Shown here in pieces: positions 40,819 through 55,243 of a DNA stretch of 61,003 nt (position 1 is the stretch's first letter; the number at the start of each line of letters is the position of its first letter). Made by a program: the position numbers and the translations under genes. The notes beneath the pieces were generated by a model that saw only the letters and a list, made by a program, of their open reading frames with translations, made no database searches and was not told the origin of the DNA. Where the stretch lies: assembly GCA_051453625.1 (NCBI GenBank), contig JBOZIK010000001.1:30727310-30788312 (forward strand). The letters run 5' to 3'. Origin of the DNA: Welwitschia mirabilis. Taxonomy: Eukaryota.

Positions 40819-42830
40819 TTTCATGCTTATGAAAGGCTATAAAAAACCAAAGTGATTAATGAATTTACTAATATTCATGTTGCAAATGAGATTATTTCAC
40901 CATGACTAAATTCATGATGAATTGGTATTTTAAGCTTTATTTTAAAAAATTATAAGATATTATTAGAGTGAATATGTGATTTGGATGAGTTAAGCTAGAC
41001 CTTGGAGATAGTTTATTTTTCTACTTACTATCCAAGTTCAACACATCTTAAACTTAACTCTTATTTTTATCTTAATTTTTATAAGATAAGAAATATTTGT
41101 ATTGCTTCTATTTATTACTACATTGATTTGTCCCTATAAAAAGAGAAATACTAGGTTTTTAGTTGATTTTATTATATTTTATTCTATTGTTGCTAGGGAT
41201 AATGATACAATAGCTTTATAAAAGGTACATAATATGTTTTTTCTTTAATTTTTAGTCTAGATTTTAAATTTTTTAGCACTTTTGATGATTTATACTAATC
41301 CTTTTAGTGAAGCCTAAAGTGTTTTAATTCCTTTGAAGTTTTTGAATATTTTCTTTTTTTCCCAGTGTTGGGTACTAGTCCATTTCTAGTGATATCCAAA
41401 CTAGTTATTTTTTAAGTTTTATTTAACTTTTATTCTAACCTAAAAATCATTTTGATATTAGATCTTTTATGTTGTAGCTCTAATTATTTTTTGTAGGTTG
41501 CAACTCAAAAGAGGATTTAAAAATAAAAAAGATGAAACTTAAATAGAACTCATGTTTTTTGTGTTTTCCTTTTTGTTTTTTGTAAGTTTTATTTAAGTAG
41601 TTAGATTTTGGTTTTCCTATTAAAAATTCCTAAAAAGAAAAAATTAGTATTTGATTCCCTTAGGTTTTATTTTTAAGTTTGCTATCATTTTTATTTTTTT
41701 CATATTTTTATTGAACTTCATAAGCCAAAACATTTTACAAAGAACTTGTAAACCATGTAATTTTTCTTTGAATGTTAAAATGTCAAACTAGCATTACCAT
41801 CATACCTAATTGGTGTTTCTAGTTGAATAAAGAAAAACTCAATTTTTAAAATGAAAAGATCACACTTCGAGTACTTGAAAAAATAAATGTACACTTAACA
41901 TGATAATTCAACTCAAGAAAAGAAAATCAAATATAAGAAGTTTGAATTATAATATAAAGAAATCTCTTGGGTCAAATTGCATATATAGTGAAAGCACATG
42001 AGTATTGAACCAATAGAACACTTGACATGAATTCATATGAAACATATTAATATTTCTTTATCAAACTATTACTTACATGATGAAATAACTATTTCTTTTA
42101 CGTGATAGCCAAATACTTACAACACATGATTTATAGTTATTATAAAGAACTACATGTATAAAAATGATATTTCATGATATGTGAAAAAGAAAATCTAGTA
42201 AAATTTATAAAAAAAAAGTAATCTTTTACAAATGTTTATTAACGTTTTGTAAATCATTTATGACTCATATGAAAAAGCAAGAGGATTTAAATAGTCAAAT
42301 CTACTAAGTCATTTCCATATAAACTAATTTTCCTTGAAAAATTTACTACTTGAAATCATATCATATGGATATAATTAAATAGGATAGACATTACATTCTA
42401 GTCTATACAAAATGTACAATAATCTAGAATGAAAAAACATAACACTTAGAAAGCTAAATTCTTCAAATCAACATGGCAAACTGTTTGCCTTTATTAAGAG
42501 TTCACTCAATTGTGATATATTTAACTTGAAAGATAGCTCTTTACTTAGCAAGAAATAAATTATAAAATCATAAAACATCTTAATTTGATTATAATTAAAT
42601 AGGTAATTGAGAAAAACTAGTATAGTCATATTTATTAAATCAAAGTAATATTTAGTTAGTTTCAAGCTATTTTAACCAATAGAAAGAAAAGAAATGAAGG
42701 AGAAAAAAAAATCAAACAAATGGATTTAGAAATTTTCAAAACCTTTAAAATACTTAGAATATGTCCTAAAACAATTTTATAGAATTAAATATTTAAGATT
42801 AAGTGGAATCAATTAAAATTAATAAAAATA
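40819..42830 (+). mobile_element. Athila-like relic (element G): LTR end, PBS relic and leader; probable host of C
   Basis: TGTTGCTAGGGA at ~41188-41199 resembles the 3' part of the Asp-type PBS. 41370-41410 resembles the F leader. Confidence 0.35.
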
Positions 42831-42832
42831 GT

Positions 42833-44160
42833 TATTCGTAAAATCCTAGTTTTGATTATTTCACTTATCAAATATGATGTGTCTTATGTGTAGACAAGAA
42901 AAATTGGAGAACACCAAATTGAAAATTAAAGCAAGTTAGTAAAACCTCAAAGTTCAAAGTACACATAATCTTTAGCTCAAAACTTATAAAGGATAGTTTC
43001 AATTAACTGAAGACATATTCACATACAAAAACGTCTATGGCAAAGATGTCTCTAACATCAAAGACATTTAGATTGAATTGGACTTTGCCACAATGAAAGA
43101 TGTGTATATTTTAAAAAATATCTATACTAAACAAAGAAGCTAAAATAGGTGGAAAATATCTAGCAAACTAAATATATCTATATTGCTTTAACTATTAGAA
43201 GACATCTGTAGAATTGAAGACATTTGTGCTAAACTAAAAAAGGTAATACAGATAAATTATACTATGATAAATTTTCTACACTAAATGGAATTAGGCAAGT
43301 TTTATACATTAAATTCATGATCACTAAGAATCAAAGATATAGTAGTTTTAGTTTTATTAAAATTTGAGCAGTTTAACCAAAGACATGTTTCAAGGTAAAG
43401 ACATCCATCTTATAGAGACGTCCACTATGTCAAAGGCATCTATTCCAAAAAATTAATAAAAATTAAAATAGCCATTGAATAATGAAAACTTAAAAAAGGG
43501 GCATGCATAAGTTATTTAGAATACACATTAAGATTTTTATGTTTTTAATAAACAGAATCATTTGGTGAATGCATTTCTTAATCCTTAACTCTCTTATAAC
43601 TGCATCACTTTGATCTTACATACTCATGAGTGACTACAAAAGGAGAACTCAAGCATTTCATTGAAGTAACATCTTTTAGGCTTGTTGTTTCCTTTGTTGT
43701 CATTAGACTATCAAATTTTTGAATACATTCATTATAGTCTATTACTTGATATTATTCTTAGGATTTCTTGCCAGGGATTCCAAATTTTAAGGCAACCTTT
43801 ACATGGGTGTATGTTTGTAATTACTTGTAAGCATGTTTCTATTTTTGATTTATTATAAATTCCTAAAGGGAATAAAGTGCTACCTTATGAGGAGAATCTA
43901 AGTGTTATGTAAGATTAAGGACTTAGTATCTTTAAGAAGTTCTATTATGTTTTCTTATAATCGTTTTTCTTCATAGAATTTAAGGCTCTTAGGAGTCCTA
44001 TTTTCATGGAAATAGATTTTTAGTTAAATCATACAAATTTATCTGTTCCACATGTATTGTTATATTTCTTTCTTAAATGATTTTGTATTATAGATTAAAA
44101 TGAAATGGAAGCCAAAAAATTAATTCATGCCTTTCCACTTAAACAAATACAAGATCTTTA
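42833..44160 (+). mobile_element. Probable solo LTR of a SIRE-like family related to B and C
   Basis: The start (CTAGTTTTGATTATTTCACTTATCAAATAT) matches the B/C LTR start. It has AGACATCT motifs and shared internal blocks (AGGCAACCTTTACATGGGTGT; GTGCTACCTTATGAGGAGA). It ends GATCTTTA versus GATCCTCA. No TSD confirmed. Confidence 0.65.
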
Positions 44161-44849
44161 ATGAAGATGAATATATACTAAAATTTACTTTATATAAAGA
44201 AGATTTATAATTTCTAATGTCTCTTATGATTTTTATTATCTAAATGCCATGTAATTATGAGATTGTAGAGCATAAGGAGGCATATTAAAAAGGAAGGTGG
44301 AGCCAAAATATTTGCATGGAATTATAGATTATTATTCTCCATTAACAAAATCTGAACATAAAAGATAATATAAATTGTAAATACACCCATAAAATGTGAA
44401 TTGTATTAGATATATTAATAAGTAGTAACTATTATAAACTTGAATTCAGATGGTACTTGGGTGTTCCCACTCTATCATATTAAAATAAACCCCAACAAAT
44501 CCCTTCTTAATGTCACATTTAGAATATATGAAGGGTTGACATTACATAAGTACATGGGACAATTCAAAAACACATAATTAGGGTACATTCAAATACATAT
44601 ATGAGATACATCCAAAATCATAAATGGGATACACCTTAACCATAGATGGGAATAGTTAGAATGTGGATGGGACATAACTAGAATAACATATGGAACACAT
44701 CTAAAATAATGGAATACATCTAGAATATAAAATAAAAAGCCTCTAATAATTTCTTTTGTACTTTTTTCTTCTTTTCCACTTTAGATGAATTTTTTGCAAT
44801 TTAAGCTCAGAGTCTTTAACTTACCATTGTTTAAATCCTTGGTACATTG

Positions 44850-45550
44850 AATGTAATTCATACACATTTCTCTTCACTTATTATAATAAAAACATTTCAC
44901 ATGTTCCTTATTAGTATACTTGTCTTTACTTTAAAACTTTTATATTTGAGTAACCAAGGCATCTTGAGAAGTTTTTTATTATTTCATTTTCTTGTATTCT
45001 TCAATAATTATTCAAATTATACTTTCTAAATTGCATGGAATCTTCTTTAATGTGAAAACAATATGAGCATATCTAGATGGAAGAGTACTAAGAATAATGG
45101 CCTTAGCATCTTCATTATCAATCTTTGAATTCATAGCAATAAGTTAACCTAAAAAGGATCTGAAATGATTTATATGTTAATTCATGTCTTTTGAATCATT
45201 CATTTTCAAGATATAAAGTTAATGCTTTAAATCTTGTTTAGCCTCACTTCTATTTAAACCAAATAATTTGCAAAAGTCATCCAATGCTTTATTTGAGCTT
45301 TTACTTAATATGATGAGGATAGCCATTTTCAAGACCAAGTCCAATGTGAGAAAGGACTTCTGGATCATTATCTTCTTAATCATTAATTTTGTTTAGATCT
45401 TTTGGCTTTGGTACTTTACCACTTATTACTTTCTATGAACCTTTGTTAATTAGCAAATATTTTTTGCATTTTTACCTCTCATATGTGAAAATTCCTTTCA
45501 TTAAATTTTTTAATATCTTTCCCTTTACTTGAGGAAAGTCGATAATTTTA
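44850..45550 (-). pseudogene. Degenerate Copia gag fragment (element J)
   Basis: The minus strand reads IKKFNERNFHI*EVKM and LKMNDSKDMN*HINHFRSFLG*LIAMNSKIDNEDAKAIILSTLPSRYAHIVFTL (Copia gag, UBN2-like). A PPT/LTR junction (sense AAGAAGGGATT|TGTTGGGG) lies at 44497. Confidence 0.75.
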
Positions 45551-46197
45551 AGCCTTTAAAATAATTACTTTTAAATAAAATAGCATTACCCTCTTTAATG
45601 TAAATCCTTTCTTCTGATGCCATTTAAAAAAATAATTTTATTATGATAGTTTTATAAATAAAAGGCATAGAATTTCATAAAAATAAATATGAGTTGAAAA
45701 TATTGTTAAAGCATGAAAATTTTAGGGCTCATAGTAGTGCCTTCCAAATTCCCATAGAGGATAAAGTAGTCTCAATGAATCATATAGATCATGCATGAAA
45801 ATTGTGTCTTTTATAGCTAATCTATCTTATGATGAATTACATAATGAAATAACTAAATTATGTTTTTATTATCATCGTGTAAGAACCTCCACTCATGAGT
45901 AATGTTTGAAGTATATGTACATATAATAATGTCGTACTATGACTTAAGATAAGGGGAAAAATACTAAAAAAAACTAGTATACAACCTTTGTACTATCATC
46001 CTTTGAGTGGTTATTACTACACTCCCTCATGTTAATTATCTTAATTAAGCATTTTTTAAAACATATCAATTAACATGCATAAAAAACCTATGACTAATTC
46101 CTATATAGATCCTATTAAAACATTATAAAATTTAAAATAATTATATAATAAAATTACTAATTAGCTATAGGCCCTTTTCGTTTGCATAAAATAATGA

Positions 46198-49100
46198 TGT
46201 CAAAATTGTATCCTATATTTATTTCTAACTTTTACTTTCACCACACAAAGATATCTTGTATAAAGTTAATGGGATGTTAACTTGTTTTATCAGGTATATT
46301 GATAAGTTCTAAGATAGTACCTAACCAATAAAATAAAAGGTTTCATCTCCTATAAATGCCATTCCAACTTGATATATAGCCACCCTCCAAATATGAGTTA
46401 GTTCTACTTTTGGTTATGAACTATACAAACATTATTGGAATTAACTCTATAGGATTAGACTTCACTTTGATATACCTCTAATACAGGTTACAAGTAATAT
46501 GTGAGATGGATGCATGCTTATAAATAACCTCCACTTCCTTCAAGCATCTCAAGATGATGCAATATGATCCTTTAATATCAAGAGATATCAAGTTGATGTA
46601 AGTCCATGCATGGGTAGGGCAGGAGAGTGGTAATCAAATCCACCTCCAGAAGGGTTTATAAATAAAATTACAATGCAACCCAAATTGATGATGAAATCTA
46701 AGTATGGGAATGAATAATTATTAAGATTATCTTGGTTTAGTTAAATGAATACACCATACAAATGCAAGAATATAACTATGTATATATTTAGTGGATTATT
46801 TACCTAGTAAAAGTAATTTTAATCATCATTGATTTATTTCAAGAAAACAATCATATAGAAGAAAAATAAAGGATATAAAAATCTTTTTGATTTTATATAA
46901 AAGGAAAATCATACATTTTCAAAGCATAAGAGTGAAAATAAATGAAAGAAAAAAATCCTTTTATTTTTCTATATTCTAGCAATTCTTTTCAAATAAGGCA
47001 CATTAATATATTCAAATTATATTGTAGAAACATGCTCCATTTATGGAACTAAGCCAACTTCTAATCCATCTTTATAAATTTTAAGTATTTAAACCAAAAT
47101 AAAGTTAAGTAGAATATATGTATATATATATATATTTCATTAAAATAAAACATTAATGAAGCAAATTGATTGGGCTACACATCTCTAAATTATTAAGTAG
47201 ATAACCATAATGTTTATGCTTGGCATGCAAGAATAAGGGGCTAAATATTAATAAATAGTATATAAAAATGTTAAGAAATAAATTTAAGTTAATTAAAAAT
47301 CATATATACTATTTAAAATAATTAGTACTTGCATTAGATAAATTTTTATGAGTATTAAAATTAATTATAGATTTTTTAGCTTTTAAGAGGCATAGAAACT
47401 AAAAATTTTTAATTAATTATTTAAAATGTAAATATAAATTTTATTTATTTTTCTTAAAGTAGAATTATCATAATATTCCTAAAAATTAATTTTATTAAAT
47501 CTAAATTAGTATAAACATATTTCATAGGATCAAATTTTAACTATAAGAATTGCCTAAATTTTAGAATTGCTAAAATAGTACCCTTTACTAAAATGGCTAT
47601 AACTTTTAAGCTATTTAGTGTTTTAAATGAGTAAATATTTTTTTGAAAGGTTATTAAATGTTTTATAAGTTGGAATATTTAATTTTTATCAAAATCTTTT
47701 TATAGATTCTAAAAATTGAGACTTTTGTTTCTGATTTTCTACTTGCAATTTTTGAGCTATTTTCATAAAATAAATTTTAAAAATTATTTTACTTTTAAAA
47801 AATTATTATTTTAAAAATTTTAAATGCTTAATATGATTTTAAACCTACATAAAAATTTATGTAGTTTTGAATGAGTTATGGCTTTTCTAAGTTATGCTTC
47901 ACTTTTGGAAAAAAGTAAACTTTAACTAAACTAAAAACTAGAGAACTCATACTAACTTATAGGAATAAAAATTAATTAAAATAACTAAAAATTTATAATA
48001 AAAATTAGTATTAAAAATATATGAATATAATTATAAGTAATATAAACTCAACTTACAATAATTAATAAAGTATCAAATACCATAAGCCTTAGGATTTCCT
48101 AAGAAGGAGTGCCTAGCCTAAATAGATTTTTGAGGATCAGGCTCATTCTCTCTAATAAGACTCTAATGATAATCTAATGTAAAATGAATTTAAAACAATA
48201 TGGATATCCAAAATGATAGTGAAATCCCTGGTTACTTAGCTAAGATAGTCACTAAACACATAAAAGCTAAGCATGTTAAGAGGTCTCTCAACTCTCTTCC
48301 TTCTCTTAGTCTATGTAAATTGGAGGGAAAAATTATCCATTAGTAGTCCCATAAACTAATCATGTAAAGATATCCCTCAAATCTCTTCCTTATCTTAGTA
48401 TCAACTAATGAGAGGGAAGATATCAATATTGTGTTGATGCTACAATCACATGCATAGGCCTAATTCAAGAAATGCTAGCATGAAATTTAATTTCTTATAA
48501 TGAAAGTCCTAAGCTCTAAGATTCTAACTCCAAGCTTCCAAGCTTCAAGTTTTATCTCCCAGCTTTAAGATCCAAGCTCCAACTCCACACTCAAGAGGAT
48601 GAAAAGTTGAGAAGAAATTTTGGTAGTACAAGCATCCTTAAAGAATGTTAGCCTGATAAGAAGAAGATGGATTTATTTATAGACAAATGATATACGAAAG
48701 ATTTTTTACATAATTGGTTAAAAACTATCCACATCATGTCATCCATAAGGTAAAAAAATCTCTTTTACTTGATAATATTAATTAATGATTAGTTGGATGG
48801 ACTTTATATAAAAGTGATATAGACATATGAATGATAATGACAAGATTGATCAATGAAAAGTTAGATGAAATTTGTATAAAAGTGATATAGATATATAAAT
48901 AAAAATGATAAGCTTAATTAATGAAAACTTGAATAAGATTATGTAGAAGTAATATTTCATAAGATTGATTAATGAAAAGTTGTAAGAGCTTGTGTAAAAA
49001 GTAAAAGTGACATACAAATGATAAAAGGAATCTTATTTATGACTTATGCATCTAATTTAGGTGAGTAATTTTCTTGCTTTAATTAGCAAGTGTAATTACA

Positions 49101-49844
49101 TGTATCATTTCCTCATGCTAGTCTCTTCTTAATTTTTCATAGGCTTATAATCCATCCAAAACATATTTAAAATGCATAAGAAGAAAAATCGCACCAATTT
49201 CAAAATTGTCATGCAACACAACAAGAAAAATAATATATTTTATACATAAAGTACTTCTGCAAATATCAATAAAGATAAAATTCATGGTATAATAACTTTT
49301 ACTCTTTTATCCCTTTTTATTTATGAATAGGAGTGCATGTTCTTATTCACATGTTTACACTCTTCATAATCCATCATATCAGCACCACAAATTACAAGGA
49401 AGAAATGTCATAATTAAATGTAAGAAAATGTCATAACTGAATGTCATAGTTGAATGTAAGGAATTATCATAGTTGGACATAGTACTCTTACTTTTTACTT
49501 ACTTATTATTCTTTTACTTTTACCAAGTAATTTTAGGTTTTTTCCTCTCTTTATTTTTAGGTTTGAATAAGGTGCATGGTAAATAATTAAAATAAAGGTA
49601 CCACACGCCATTTTTATAGACCTTTTATTTTTATTTTTATTTTACACCTTTATGTGAATTTTTCAATTTAACTATTTAACCATGTGAATAACTTGTGTAA
49701 TCATAGATAGATTTATTTAGTATTAAATTTTTATAAATATTATTATTTAAAATAATAAAATTACTTAAAAATAATATTAATTAATTAAGTGACTTTATAA
49801 GTATCTATAAATTAAAATATATGTTTGGCATAAGAAATATAACA
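46198..49844 (-). mobile_element. Large LTR-like repeat (element I'), second copy of the family at 23097-26453
   Basis: Starts TGTCAAAATTGTATCC and ends AAATATAACA. Several colinear homology blocks with element I. Confidence 0.55.
48776..49027. repeat. ~68-bp degenerate tandem repeat (3-4 units)
   Basis: GATT.ATTAATGAAAAGTT...TATAAAAGTGATATAGA recurs near 48776, 48844, 48912 and 48963. Confidence 0.75.
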
Positions 49845-50599
49845 CATCATTAATTGTAAGGCTATACATTGATTCTCATTAAAGGGAGAAAAGGATTTTC
49901 ATTAAAATTTGATACCATAATATATTATATAATTTAGATATTGTCATATGTTAGGAAATAATAATGTTAAAAAATGGAGAGGCACAAGATTTCCAAATCA
50001 AAATTTTATGTCTCCTCTATATTATTCAACAAAGATCTTACTTAAATAGGCAAGCACACCACTAGGGTTTTTACGTATCCCTAGGTCTGGGACCATAGTG
50101 TATACTAGCCTTAGCAATTTTCCCCTCAACATGGAAATACACTCTCTTCCAAGGAAAAACTGAAGTGCCTAAGGAAAAACCTTAGGAATGTAGCTTACAA
50201 TAAAACCTTTCAAAAGGAGTTGTCATATGAGGAAACTACTTCGTAAAATAAGTAGGCAATTTACTACTATACATCCCATAGCAGATAGAATTATTTTTGT
50301 GCATTACATGTCCCATAATTCTAGGTTAAAATGTGTACTACACATCTCATAGAACTAGGCTATATTTGTACTCCAAAACTCATAATAATAGAATTAGGTG
50401 TGACTTTAATTAAAGACTCAAGAGTCAAGTGATGACCATAATGTACAAAAGGAAATGAGTTTAACTAAACTTATTGTTTGTCAATTTAATCTTGGCTCAA
50501 AATATTAGAACTTCTCTCAACCTAACATCTTTTTTTAAGTAGTAATTATTGATTCTATGATCAAATTATGTACTAGTGCAATGACTTCATGTTGTATAA

Positions 50600-52400
50600 G
50601 TTTCTTAATTTTATGAATCTACTCCCATGTATCATTTTCTACAAGAGCATGGTATTTTTCTTTTATGGCTTGGACCCATTGATAATGTAAAATGATGTCT
50701 TTTAAAGAAGTTGATTTACTATTATAAATTAAATAAAGCTCATCAACATCATTATCATAAGTTTTATGTGAGATATATCTAGTTTAGTTTTACCCTTTTC
50801 ATTGTGTTGAACATCTTGGAGAGTAGACTTTGACTAAGTTTTACGATATCTCCTATGGATAGTCTTAGCTTCTTTGATTAGAGAACCTACTAAATTACTT
50901 AGAGAACCATAACTAAGAGTGCTTAGAGCACCAAATTGCTTAATTTCTAAAGGTTGCAAATAATTTGTATCAATAGAAGGAACTGAAATAGGACTGATGG
51001 CTACATCTCCTCCCTTATTTGTAGGACATTGAGCATTCAAGGTTTTGGCTTGGGAATTGATGCAAGTGATCTCATGATTTTTAACACAACCTTAAATATG
51101 TATAAGTTTTTCATCTTTGTAGCCTTTAATAACTAGTTAGTAATTAGAATTAAAAATGTCCACTAAGTAATTCTTCACAAAAATTAAGTGATCTTCTCAT
51201 ACTAAAGTGGAAAGTAATAGAAGATGAAAGCTTAAAGACACACATACAGAACATGAGAAATAGTTTATGCAGAGAATGATGTCAAGTTAAGTGTAATCAA
51301 ATCATAGCCTTCCACTAGAACTAAAGTTCTGTGTACCAAATAAACTTAACTAGGCACTTTAATAAACTCATCAAAATAATCATGCCAATAAGTCATGTGA
51401 TAATTAGCACCAGTGTCAACAATCCAAGTTTCATCACAAAGTATGTACTCACTCAAAACCACAAAGTCAGAAATGTTGAAAATTACATTTAACTCATAAT
51501 GACCATCATCATTAAGGGATTTAGACTCTTCAATAATTGCATTTGCCTTAGGTGTATATTTAATCTTATCCCAAGGTATCCAATAAAAGTCTAAGATATG
51601 ATCACTTCTTCCACATTGTGAGCACTGATATTTGTTTTTCATAGGAGTAGCAAAATCCTGAACTTGCTTTTTATTTAATGGATTCTGATTAGGCTTTTTT
51701 TTACTATTTTTTTGAAGCCTTACCCTTATCATAATATGATGTATTTGATGGATGAGAGTTGTGAGAATACTGCTTATGTTTAGGAGGAGATCCATAAGAA
51801 TGAGAAACTTTACAAGCTACATCAGAGGATGAGGAGTCTGAAAAGTTAAATAATCTTCTATAGTAATAATATTCTTACTGATCATATCAAAGTTCATATT
51901 AGGTAGCCATTTACTTTCATGAAGAGATAGGATGTATCTACGAAGAAATGGATCTCCAAATAGTAAAACCAAGTTGACATAATTTATGCAAACTTTTGAG
52001 TTAAATCTATTTCATCAATCTTTATTTTAATATCTATTATCTAAGATATAAGAGAATGCATTTTACCCCTTTCAGTAAAGGTTGTTCATGCTTATAATAA
52101 GATTGATAAACTCAAGGTTATTCTTTACGTAAAAGGTATTTCACAAAGCACGATAGTTGGTATAATAAGACTTACTTCTATTAACTAACTTTTTATGTGA
52201 AGTAGTCACTAATTTTTGCATTATCTCTATGAGTTTGTAATCAATGGTTTTCCATGCCTTTTATTCATCTAAATCTTGAAGAGTAACATGTTTTGTTTTT
52301 AAAAAAAAATCTGTATCGAAACCATATATGTGCATTGTTGACATAAAATCTTCATTCCAATCCTCTAACTCTGATCATCATTTAAGATCACCTTAAGGTT
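50600..52400 (-). pseudogene. Degenerate, deleted Copia gag-protease with RT N-terminal fragment (element K)
   Basis: ORF 51346-51795 has a decayed zinc knuckle (CSQCGRSDH) and protease motif WIVDTGANYHMT. ~50620-50690 reads WVQAIKEKYHALVENDTWE*, the Copia pre-RT W..AM.EE..AL..N.TW motif. Confidence 0.8.
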
Positions 52401-54398
52401 GGATATGATTCTAGTAGTTAATACTGATATAAAGCTCTCTAACAAGATCTGGAATCTGCCTTTTAATGTTGAAACCATGATGAATAATAAAAAAAAGAAA
52501 GAAAATGGTTAACAAATTATAAGGTAAAGTCGAAATTCATAGGGATATTACTCACATCGACTACTGAAAAATAGATCTATCCAATATACAAAGAAAACTC
52601 ATCAAAAATCCAAAGAGAAAAAATAAAAGATAATGGTATTGTTATCTAAAAAAGGAGTCTTACTCTCATCCATTAGTTCAAACGATCTATCTAAGTCATA
52701 ATGTAATCAAAGATAAAAAAAGATCATGATGGAGAGGTATAGTCACAACTAAAAGGAATTAATCCCAAAAATTTAAGTGAGATATCCAAACCACAATATG
52801 TGATAGTCAAAACAAATCTTCCCTAAACCATGCAAAACCTATGTGCACAAGAATAAATAAGGTAATTTGTTAAAAATTTCTTAATGTAAGCAAGGTAAAT
52901 TTTAACATGAAGAAGACTAATTTAATTATTAGATGATAAAAATGCAGAGTTATTAGTTTAAGGTCTATACCCAAATCTAGGTATTGGTCACGTCCTTTCT
53001 AAGGGTGGTACCCTTATCTCCTAAGGGAGTAAAAGGACAAAAATGTAAATCATGTTAGTGGGGCTTCTAAGTGATCAACTAGTTTCAATTACCTCAGCTA
53101 TATACCCTCCTTAAGGAAGAGTACCATGTAATATTGGTAACCTACTTATCCCTTTGACTTAGTAAATTTTAAAATTGATTATACTTACGAATCCTTATCG
53201 ACTTAATAATCAAATCCAAGTAGACCCTACCACTATGCCTCATCCTTCACCTAATATACCCTCAATTACTAAGGCATATGTGGGAATCTAAACCTTAGGG
53301 TTATCGAGACATTTTCACTTAAGAGAGACACAGTTCTGCATATGGCCAAAACTTCATGCTTAAGGTAGTTAAGACTACATAATAAGCTCAAAGGATAGCA
53401 TATCCTAACATGGATCTCTATTTACATAAGGCTCCCCATGCTCACCACTAATTAAAACTTATTGCCAATGTAAAATGTGATGTATTTAAGGGTGAAAGTG
53501 CTTTTCAATTTTAACCTTAACCATAGAAAATTAAAATTTTTGTATGAGAAAAATCAAGTCAAGTGGATCTTACTTCACATCCCAAACTTAACTTAATGGA
53601 AAAAAATTAAGGTTAAGGGCTTTCAATTAGTTAAAAAATTCTTAAAAACCTTTAAAAACATAAAAAATATGCTTAAAAAATAATTTTAGGATTTACAAAT
53701 TTGAAAAAAATGCCTAAAAAAACTCAAAAAAAAATCCAAAAATAGCAAAAAAGGGCTAAAACTGCTAATGTGTGTAAAACAAGGCTAATGGCTAAGCAAT
53801 ATCTCAACTAAATTGCATGTGCATAGGAATGGGTAATAATTAATAAGTTATTAAGCAATTTAACATGTGTAGAGAAGCAAGAAATATGACAACATAAATT
53901 TAAAAATTTGATTTTGGATAGGTTTGGAATTGAACTCTACACTTCTTGTTTGAGAATCAAATGGTTTAACCATTATGTCAATGACTATGTTGGTGAAATA
54001 AAACTCCAAAAAACTATTTAAATATGGTAGTTCTAGCAACACACATAAGACAACATCACAACAAAAAAGCAGATACCAGAAAACACAGATGGTCAACAAT
54101 GATAGAGCTGTAGTAGTACAACAATGGAGAGTAGGTAGCCGAGGAGAGGAGAACTATTAAATAGGCACAGTGGGCTAATCTAATAAGTAGGAGAACACAT
54201 TCATGTGGTAAGGACATGAGCATGGACAATGACGCATTAGCAGAGAGCACATAGAGGTAGTGCACAATAAGCACAAGTGGTTGAGTCATGACATAGACGT
54301 GTAATGGTAAATACAATAGCAACCAGACCAATGGAGAAGGAACAAGCTGTAGGTGATTAGGCAAAGGCACACAGGTATGTAAGATTATGCAAGTAGGC

Positions 54399-55243
54399 TA
54401 TTGCACTGCTAATTTAAGATTATTTGATGGGGTTTTATGAGTTGTTTTGTAGGACTTTTATATAGGTTTAGGTGCAATTCTGAGGATTTTTAAGATATAA
54501 GAGGAAATTTTGGAAAAGTGCGATTCTTATCTAAATTTGATGTATTAAAGGCACTTTTTAATGCATAGAGCTTTGACTATTTTGTTCATTTCATTATAAG
54601 TGGATCTAGCCATATGTGTCATTTGTCTTTTTTTTGCTATGAATTGTTATAAATAAACCCTCTTTCAACTCTCTTTCTCATCTTCATTGCACCAAACATT
54701 CTCATGACAGGAGATCAAAGGGCGGGAGATCCATCTTGAGTGTTACAAAAAGATGTGCACTTGATGGAGGGTTGTGTATCCTCCATTAGGACCTAGCTAT
54801 TTTATAACCAAGATGCTTGTTACTATTTAAATTAAAAACCTAGTTTTATTTTTTTTATATTTCCATATTAGTTTATTTGATGACTCTTATAGTCTATGTT
54901 GCCCTTAATTTATTGAAAATTTTTTGGATGATATAGATTATTAAGGACAGACTTTGTTAAGGCTAAAAGCAAGTAGTGTTAGTTCCATTTTACATTTCAT
55001 TTAGAATAGTTGCATCTTGCATTTGTATTGTATCTTTTATTTCTTGCATTATTCTTTATCTCTAGTTCCTATATTCTTTTACAAAGCAACTTAAGTCTCA
55101 TACTCGTAGACTTCAATGTGAATACAACATTTTGGGTCTACTCTCACTTATACTAGTATGATCTATTATGTAAGATATCTATTTGGTTATAAATGACAGG
55201 ATCTCTTTAAATGTAAAAAATTACATAAATACACACTGCAACA
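54399..55243 (+). repeat. 5' LTR of element L (about 200 bp shorter than the A LTRs)
   Basis: Matches the A LTR except for an internal deletion near 54575. Ends CACACTGCAACA. Confidence 0.88.

Noticed and set aside
45611..45622. PBS-like TGGCATCAGAAG on the minus strand
   Set aside because: No LTR end is adjacent. The better PBS candidate is at 49908-49917.
50265..50400. ~34-bp periodic repeats resembling a CRISPR array
   Set aside because: The units are degenerate along their whole length with no repeat/spacer structure. There are no cas genes and the context is eukaryotic TE sequence.
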